DNA of 6,913 bases from Octopus sinensis (GCF_006345805.1 NW_021829222.1:1-6913), one strand, 5' to 3'; counted from the first letter of the stretch, positions 1-6,256 are shown. The notes: a model not told the origin generated them from the letters alone. Made by a program: numbers and translations.

Positions 1-60
1 TATCTGTTTGTTTGTGTTTTTTGTGTTTCTTGGTGGTATTTGTGTGTGTGTGTGTTGTTT
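1..60. repeat. GT-rich low-complexity tract with short (TG)n
   Basis: Almost only T and G; (TG)n at about 41-55. Confidence 0.7.
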
Positions 61-113
61 CTTGTTATATTTATCTTTAGTAGACTGAATGTCTCCTCCA
101 AAACGAATGCATG

Positions 114-149
114 TATATATATATATATATATACATATATATCACACAC
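114..149. repeat. Interrupted (TA)n microsatellite with short (CA)n
   Basis: (TA)n 114-133, one C interruption, then ATATAT and CACACAC. Confidence 0.9.
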
Positions 150-343
150 GAAATATTCTTACAATTGCACGAATTTTTGTATCTAGCTATACATAGACAT
201 CCAGTTATTTCGGTCAAAGTTTAACGAACAGCTCGATAGATCTGGCTACATAATATGTAATTACAGCGAATTCGTGCACATTATGAATAGAATTAAACAA
301 AGCGACACATAAATGCAAATGATAACGTATCTCTCTAACCCTC

Positions 344-346
<3 letters not shown>

Positions 347-398
<52 letters not shown>
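347..398. repeat. (AT)26 microsatellite
   Basis: Perfect dinucleotide run, counted directly. Confidence 0.97.
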
Positions 399-400
<2 letters not shown>

Positions 401-694
401 CCGTTTTAATTCATGCAGTAATAGTAGTACAGATAAATAAAGCTGAAATATTCAAAGAATATATTTGGATGTTCATTTCAGTTTTAGAAAAATAGCCATA
501 ACCGGTTTCAGTCTTTTCTGATTTTCAAAAATGCTATTATATATTAATATATCTGTATGTTGTTTCATGTCAAACGAATGACAAGCCGTAGAGGATATTG
601 TTATTCATTGCTACCGAGACACACAGTTCGTGTCGTGATACAAATTACTTGTGACCCAGAGTGGAACTCGTGTCACAAGACAAGCTCTCAGCTT

Positions 695-766
695 CACAGA
701 CGCAGACACAAAGACACACAGACACACACACGAATATATGTATGTGTATATATATAATATATATAT
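695..766. repeat. Degenerate (CA/GACA)n followed by (TA)n
   Basis: cacagacgcagacacaaagacacacagacacacacacg, then TA-rich run to 766. Confidence 0.8.
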
Positions 767-771
767 TCCTT

Positions 772-974
772 TTTTATTCTGTTATTTGTGTCAGTGATTT
801 GACTGCGGACATGCTGGAGAACCGCCTATAGTCAAACAAATCGACCCCGGGAATTATTCTTTGTAAGCCTAGTACTTATTCTATTGGTCACTTTTTGCCG
901 AACCGTTAATGTTCTGGGGACGTAAACGCACCAGCGTCGGTTGTCACGCGATGGTGGGGGAGACAAACATATGT

Positions 975-1064
<90 letters not shown>

Positions 1065-1226
1065 CGACAGGCTTCTTTCAGTTTCCGTCTACCAAATCCA
1101 CTCACTAGGCTTTGGTTGGCCCAAGACTATAGTAGAAGACACTTGCCCAAGATGCCACGCAGTAGGACTGAACGCGGAAAATGTGGTTGGGAAGCAAGCT
1201 TCTTACCACACCGCCACTTGTATACA
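772..1226 (-). mobile_element. tRNA-derived SINE, long family, copy 1 (full length)
   Basis: Minus-strand A-box TGGCGGTGTGG (1216-1206) and B-box GTTCAGTCC (1173-1165). Colinear with copies at 2396-2790 and 4598-5011 (GGCAAGTGTCTTC, ACTGAAAGAAGCC, GATAGAATAAGTAC-type block, CCAGCATG..CGCAGTCAAAT, A-rich tail). Resembles the tRNA-derived octopus SINEs (OK/OR1/OR2 group); the exact family name needs alignment. Confidence 0.92.
968..1064. repeat. (CA)n+(TA)n compound microsatellite internal to SINE copy 1
   Basis: (CA)n about 977-1020 and (AT)n 1021-1064, at the same position as shorter TA/TG tracts in copies 3 and 4. Confidence 0.95.
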
Positions 1227-1249
1227 TAGTATATATATATATATTCCTT

Positions 1250-1408
1250 AAGTCTTTTATTTCTTTCAGTCATTTGAGTGCAATTATGCTGGAGCACCAC
1301 CTTTAGTCGAAAAAATTGACCCTAGGACTTATTCTTTGTAAGCCTAATACTTATTCTATCGATCTATTATGCCAAACCGCTAAGTTACGGCGAAGTAGAC
1401 GCACACAC
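1250..1408 (-). mobile_element. SINE long family, copy 2 (5'-truncated, 3' ~160 bp only)
   Basis: Minus strand reads CCGTAACTTAGCGGTTTGGC..CGATAGAATAAGTATTAGGCTTACAAAGAATAAGTCCTAGGGTC..TCGACTAAAGGTGGTGCTCCAGCAT..CAAATGACTGAAAG, matching the 3' half of copies 1 and 4. No tRNA head. Confidence 0.9.
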
Positions 1409-2159
1409 GCATATAGAGATAGGTAAGTAGGTAGCTGCTTCCCTGATACAGAAAAGTAACATTTTTTTCCTAATTGTCATTATTCTTTTTAATAAATAGA
1501 TTATATTATTAGACTTCGGGAATAGCGTTTTAATTATTTTTAGTAATTGAGCTTATTAAATTCCTATTTTCATTGCGTCATTATTTTTATTTAATTTAAG
1601 TTTTGTTTGCTAACCACATGGAATATCAGAGCTGTCACTTAAATTGTAATTTAAAGACAATTGCTTAAGTGTGAGTGAAAGTTCACAGTTTCTGAAGTGA
1701 ACGGTTCGGCTAGAGACGGTATGCCTTTCGTCTTATCTTTTTCGCACATGATCTTCCCACCCACATTTATTTATTTATTCATAAATCTAGGTAAATTGTA
1801 CGACGACAGGAATGTACCTACGTAGAAGATTGCGTATACAAATAAATGATGATTGTCCTATAATTTTTCAGTCGATCGACTATGGTTCGGTGAGAACAAT
1901 GGAAGGATATCATTCCAATTCTTAGCAGAAACATTTGAAAGCCCTCAATAAATTTATGAAATCCATTATCTGTGTGTATTTTTTTTTATCACTCTCCAGA
2001 AATATGCTTATTTAACTGGATCGTGGATTTCCAAATTTGACTGCTGACAGGTTTTGATTTTGGATTACCTGGATTCCAGAACATGTTTCTTAGCCTATGG
2101 CATCTTTATCTTCAAAGAGATTATGACGTATTACAACTTCCTTATTGCATTTTGTTTTG

Positions 2160-2190
<31 letters not shown>

Positions 2191-2197
2191 ATGTATA
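2160..2197. repeat. (TA)n microsatellite
   Basis: Near-perfect TA run with a TT and a G interruption. Confidence 0.93.
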
Positions 2198-2380
2198 GAG
2201 AGAATTCATGAAACAAAAACAAAAGACGAAGACAGATGGTGTAGATAAAAAACGTATGCATCAGTTTAACGCTCGGAAAGTGAAAAAGTCTTTAACGTTT
2301 CGAGCCTACACTCTTCCACAGAAAAGAACACAGAAAGAAACATGGAGAGAAAATAAAGAATGTGTAGTGGCTAATATCAA
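2195..2380 (-). mobile_element. Putative Penelope-like element terminal-repeat (pLTR) fragment
   Basis: Contains a minimal hammerhead motif on the minus strand, followed by a ~95 nt T-rich tail running into (TA)n. Minimal hammerheads in pLTRs are an established hallmark of Penelope-like elements. No RT or GIY-YIG ORF in the window; boundaries are approximate. Confidence 0.6.
2289..2327 (-). ncRNA. Minimal type I hammerhead ribozyme motif with variant core
   Basis: Minus strand: TCTTTT [CTGTGGA] A [GAGT gtag GCTC] [GAAA] CG TT AAAGA. Core CUGuGGA versus CUGANGA; helix II of 3 Watson-Crick pairs plus 1 U-G pair; helix III reduced to palindromic ACGT; helix I TCTTTT/AAAGA with one bulge. Confidence 0.65.
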
Positions 2381-2395
2381 ACAGATAGAGATATA

Positions 2396-2790
2396 GGTGC
2401 AGGCGAGGCTTTGCGGTAAGAAGGTTGCTTCCCAACCACTTGGTTCCGGGTTCTGTTCCCGCTGCGTGGAACCTCTGGCAAGTGTCTTCGACTATAGCCT
2501 CAGGCCAACCAAAGCTTGTGAGTGGGTTTGATTGACAAAAAACTGAAAGAAGCCTGTCATATGCGTGTGTGTGTTGTGTGTGTCTTTGTGCGTGTGTCTG
2601 TCCTGTCACCACGGCTTGACAACCGGTGGTGATGTGTTTGCGTTACCATAACTTAACGGTTCCGCAAAAGAGTCCGATAGAATAAATACCAGGTTTAAGA
2701 GTCATTCGACTAAAAAAGAAAAAAAATTCAAGGTGGTGCTCCAGCATGACCGCAGTCAAATGACTGAAACAAGTAAAGGAATAAATGAAT
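2396..2790 (+). mobile_element. SINE long family, copy 3 (full length, more diverged, distinct subfamily)
   Basis: Head GGTGCAGGCGAGGCTTTGCGGTAAG with degenerate A-box 2406-2416 and B-box GGTTCTGTTCC from 2449; colinear with copy 4; internal TG tract 2559-2601; tail GACTGAAACAAGTAAAGGAATAAATGAAT. Confidence 0.92.
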
Positions 2791-2997
2791 ATATTAATGG
2801 TTTATGCAACATAGTGTTACAAATCCATTTCAGCCGATATTCACCAGTCAGTTTTGTGCAGAAGTGTTTGGGAAGACGAATGTCAGCAGTCATCAGATGG
2901 GCCGATGAGTGCTAACATGTGTCTCTACCAAACTCTTGGGTACGATACTAATTGGTAAAAGCAGTTGAAATGTATATACATTACTGTACTGTATAAA

Positions 2998-3389
2998 TTT
3001 ATATATATATAAAGCTGAAGTTGTCTGTGTATGGCAGGTTTGGTAGCCTTCAACTAACACTATCTCCTCCGAGACCCTGCGGTGCAAGTTAACCAATATT
3101 GAGAGTATGATAGAAGAAGGCTTGCTTTTCCTTCTGTAGAAGATTAAATTCAAATCGGACCATGTTAACACCAAAAATTATTTACATCAAAAAGGTGCTT
3201 TTTTCTATGAAAATCCCTATGATTTAAGGAATTTTTGACTTCTGTGTCGCCATTTTTCGGTGTATTTCAACCAGAAAAATGTTTACTTGCAGAGAATAAC
3301 AAGCTACATAATGCAAAATATATACTTTTCAAAAATTTCAATACTAAAGGGTCGAAACAAACCCGTGCAACGCCGGGGGATACTGCTGG
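2998..3389 (+). mobile_element. Non-autonomous Helitron-like element (~390 bp)
   Basis: 5' end A|TTTATATATATATAAAG, equivalent to TC-TATATATATAAA with one C>T change. 3' GC-rich hairpin CCCG(T)GC-AAC-GC-CGGG at 3362-3377, an 8 nt spacer, then CTGG (CTRR) 3386-3389 followed by T. Sits between A and T with no adjacent TSD. These are the established Helitron terminal signatures. Confidence 0.7.
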
Positions 3390-3457
3390 TATTTATATAT
3401 AAGTCTACTGCCAAATATGCTGACTCCTAGACTCATAGATTACTATATTCACATAGA

Positions 3458-3596
3458 CCTACTTACCTACCTACCTACCGAGCTACCTACCTACCTACCT
3501 ACCTACCTACCTACCTACCTACATACATACATACATACATACATACATACATACATACATAATACATACATACATACATACATACTTACATACATA
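3458..3596. repeat. Compound tetranucleotide microsatellite (TACC)n then (TACA)n
   Basis: (TACC)n about 3458-3521 with a GAG interruption, then (TACA)n to about 3596. Confidence 0.95.
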
Positions 3597-3833
3597 TGCA
3601 TACATATATTTACACACCCACACGTATATAAAGGCGCTATGTGTGTGAAGTTTTATCTGTACATACACTCATAGCTTTTATATGCTCCCCACCAGTGATA
3701 CCTGGAAAAACTGTGGTGGAGCGTGGGATCCAAAGTTTTTTCACCGTTTTTTAGTTGGACATGGTATTGTAATTTTTACCTTTTTTTCAAAGCAAACATA
3801 CCACACTTATTCTCAGCCTATCCTAACCAATCC

Positions 3834-4033
3834 CTGTAGGCAAGCATACTGAAATTTGGGATAGGGGAGTAGTCAATTACATCGACCTCAGTGTTTCACT
3901 GGTACTTAATTCATTGACCCCGAAAGGATGAATGGCAATGTCGACCTTGGCGGAATTTGAACCCAGAAAGTAGTGGCAGACGAAATGCCGCTAAGTATTT
4001 CGCCCGGCGTGCTAACGATTCTGCCAGCACCCC
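3834..4033 (-). mobile_element. tRNA-derived SINE, short family (~200 bp)
   Basis: Minus-strand A-box TGGCAGAATCG (4026-4016) and B-box GGTTCAAATTCC (3963-3952). Body GTCGAC..ATCCTTTCGGGGTC..AAGTACCAG..GGTCGAT..GACTA..CCCAAATTTCAG matches my recollection of an abundant octopus SINE. The tail end is approximate. Confidence 0.85.
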
Positions 4034-4485
4034 AGCTTAATAATGAAAACTATTTCACTAAATTCTTTATTTAGAAATTTAAGTAAAAAAAAAAATTACT
4101 GTATTTCGACAGGAATACGGGAAAGTTTTAAGTCAATTTGCCTTTTCCCGTGTCATCGACAACATATCAGAAGCATATGATATTTTTATGGTCAGGGTTA
4201 ATAACTTTTCTGACGTTAACTGAGTTGAAGGAGCAAATATTAGTCCAATTGGAGAACTCGTAACCACACCATGCTACTGAAATTTAAACTGCTCTGTAAG
4301 CAAAGGAAGAGAACCTGAACTGAGTAGCTCGGCTGGTAGGTTCTTCAAATATTTCTTGGCATATTTTCTACAACAACCAGTCCCTCGTGAAGATGAAACT
4401 GTATAGGTTTCAGTATGTAATCCAATTTTGGTGGTCTATGGTTCCAAATAAAAAAATCTGATAAGGAAACAAATTATTTTAATGC

Positions 4486-4572
4486 AATACAATATAATAT
4501 AATATAATACAATATAATATAATATAATATAATATAATATAATATAATATAATATAATATAATATAATATAA
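4486..4572. repeat. (AATAT)n pentanucleotide array
   Basis: About 17 units with two AATAC variants; AATGCAATA occurs at both 4481-4489 and 4581-4589. Confidence 0.96.
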
Positions 4573-4597
4573 AGCAAAATAATGCAATAAATATATA

Positions 4598-5011
4598 GGT
4601 GCAGTAGTGGCTATGTGGTAAGTAGCTTGCTTACCAACCACATGGTTCTGAGTTCAGTCCCACTGCGTGGAACCTTGGGCAAGTGTCTTCTAATATAGCC
4701 TTGGGCCGACCAAAGCCTTGTGAGTAGATTTGGTAGACGGAAACTGAAAGAAGCCCGTTATATACATGTATATATATATGTGTATGTGTGTGTATATGTT
4801 TGTGTGTCTGTGTTTGTCTCCCCAACATCGCTTGACAACCGATGCTGGCGTATTTACGTCTCCGTAACCTAGCGGTTAGGCAAAAGAAACCGATAGAATA
4901 AGTACTAGGCTTACAAAGAATAATTCCTGGGGTCGATGTGCTCGACTAGAGGCACTGCTCCAGCATAGCCGCAGTCAAATGACTGAAACAAGTAAAAGAG
5001 CAAAGAGTAAA
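4598..5011 (+). mobile_element. SINE long family, copy 4 (full length, best preserved)
   Basis: A-box TGGCTATGTGG 4608-4618 and B-box GTTCAGTCC 4652-4660, 44 nt apart as in tRNA. ACCTTGGGCAAGT 4672-4684 resembles the start of the CORE-SINE/MIR core. Internal TA/TG tract 4759-4816; tail AAAAGAGCAAAGAGTAAA. Confidence 0.95.
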
Positions 5012-5014
5012 GCG

Positions 5015-5060
5015 TAATGTAATATAATGTAATATAACATAATACATAACAGAATAGAAT
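5015..5060. repeat. Degenerate (AATRT)n pentanucleotide remnant
   Basis: aatgt aatat aatgt aatat aacat aatac ... agaat agaat, with 5-bp periodicity. Confidence 0.75.
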
Positions 5061-5085
5061 ATATGTATCCATTCGTAAATGTACA

Positions 5086-5105
5086 TGTGTGTGTGTGTGT
5101 GTGTG
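5086..5105. repeat. (TG)10 microsatellite
   Basis: Perfect run. Confidence 0.93.
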
Positions 5106-5385
5106 TTAATTAAAAATGCTGTATTGCAACTGTATGAACATAGACAAATACAGGCATATCAAATACCGCACAACATGATTTTTTCGATTATTAACAACAT
5201 ATCTGCTTATAGAGAATGTGTCACTATTACCAAAAAGTAACAGAAACTAGCTCTATATGACAATGTAAGATGATCTATGATTCGAAAAATAAAGGATCCT
5301 TGAAAGGTGACATGCTATTAATGCAAAGGGCTGAGTTATAAACGAGAGTCAAGAACGCTTGTTCTGCCTCAATAACCGTCATCAG

Positions 5386-5445
5386 CACACACACACACTC
5401 ACACACATGGGCACACATGAGCATACATATACATACATATATGTG
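5386..5445. repeat. Degenerate (CA)n/(CATA)n tract
   Basis: (CA)n 5386-5398, then cacacatg/catacata variants. Confidence 0.8.
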
Positions 5446-5711
5446 TAAAGACGTATAAAGGTATATAACAAACATAAGATAAATTCTTAATTCATTGCAA
5501 TTATATTCCTTTCGAAAGATGATTAAATAAACAACTTTTTTAATATTTCTGTTATATGTAATTTTCTAGATGGTGTAATTTAATTGTTCGTTTTGAATTG
5601 ATAAAAGGTGTTTTTTTCTAATTTTTTTTATAAATATATTATATTACCTGAAAATTGATTAGTATTTCTAAATTTAATTTTTTTCCCTGTAAATTAGGAT
5701 TAATATTCCCT

Positions 5712-5714
<3 letters not shown>

Positions 5715-5765
<51 letters not shown>

Positions 5766-5772
5766 TATATAT
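5715..5772. repeat. (AT)24 microsatellite plus short extension
   Basis: Perfect (AT)n 5715-5762, then AGATATATAT. Confidence 0.96.
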
Positions 5773-6006
5773 GTCCTCGTGTTGTATACATTCGAAGCTT
5801 TCTCCAGGGGATCTAATGCGCTTGGCTTAGATTTCCCTGGCGGGCTGGCCATATCGGAGCAATCTCAAGATTAATCAGCCGAAATTGCTAAGATGATCTG
5901 GTTCTTGACTGATGAAGGAGGGCTTCGAATGTTCCCGTCTGTGGTTCTTGTGTCGTCTCTGTGGTGTTTCATGTTCTTGTCCATGTCTGTAATTATTTTA
6001 CTGTTT

Positions 6007-6010
<4 letters not shown>
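5773..6010 (+). mobile_element. Structured ~240 bp element between two (TA)n runs; candidate Penelope-like terminal fragment or other non-autonomous element
   Basis: GC-richer than its flanks. Has an 11-bp perfect inverted repeat ACATTCGAAGC 5788-5798 / GCTTCGAATGT 5922-5932, a long hairpin 5804-5840, CTGATGA..GAA at 5909-5929 and a GT-rich tail running into (TA)n. The class assignment is inference. Confidence 0.45.
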
Positions 6011-6040
<30 letters not shown>

Positions 6041-6058
6041 TCATTCATTCATACATAC
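6010..6058. repeat. (TA)14 followed by (CATT)n/(CATA)n
   Basis: (TA)n 6010-6037, then cattcattcattcatacatac. Confidence 0.92.
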
Positions 6059-6108
6059 AGAATTATATAAATCATGTTTTGCTGTGTCTTGGGAGGATCA
6101 ATCTATCT

Positions 6109-6142
6109 ACACACACACACACACACTCCACACACACACACG

Positions 6143-6231
<89 letters not shown>

Positions 6232-6256
6232 GAGATAGAGAGATAGAGAGATAGAT
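6109..6256. repeat. Compound microsatellite (AC)n-(AT)n-(AG)n-(GATA)n-(AGAGAT)n
   Basis: (AC)n 6109-6141, (AT)n 6147-6183, (AG)n 6183-6199, (GATA)n 6198-6229, (AGAGAT)n 6229-6256. Confidence 0.95.

Noticed and set aside
166-278. 10-bp inverted repeat TGCACGAATT / AATTCGTGCA as MITE termini
   Set aside because: One such match within ~100 bp is about what chance gives in 7 kb of AT-rich DNA. There is no TSD and no second copy in the window.
1679-2160. Relatively stop-poor +2 frame with protein-like stretches (DRLWFGENNGRISFQFLAETFESPQ) and nearby AG/GT sites
   Set aside because: It has five in-frame stops (1823, 1847, 1850, 1949, 2045), no family I recognise and no consistent exon chain. BLASTx would be needed to revive it.
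3684-3722. Imperfect hairpin GCTCC-CCAC-CAG ... CTGTGG-T-GGAGC
   Set aside because: Two bulges, a 15-nt loop and no supporting context.
4117-4151. 8-bp stem ACGGGAAA / TTTCCCGT as a terminator or structured RNA
   Set aside because: Chance-level stem; intrinsic terminators are not relevant in this eukaryotic context.
3458-4572. CRISPR array or telomeric repeat interpretation of the tandem arrays
   Set aside because: Units are 2-6 bp with no unique spacers, and there is no (TTAGGG)n array.
4598-4670. Functional tRNA genes at the SINE heads (also 1226-1155, 2396-2465, 4033-3950)
   Set aside because: A and B boxes are present, but there is no complete acceptor stem or cloverleaf, and each continues into a SINE body.
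5345-5385. CTGATGA on the minus strand followed by GAAC..GTTC, as a third hammerhead
   Set aside because: Helix II and helix I cannot be formed and GAAA is incomplete. A lone 7-mer is expected by chance.
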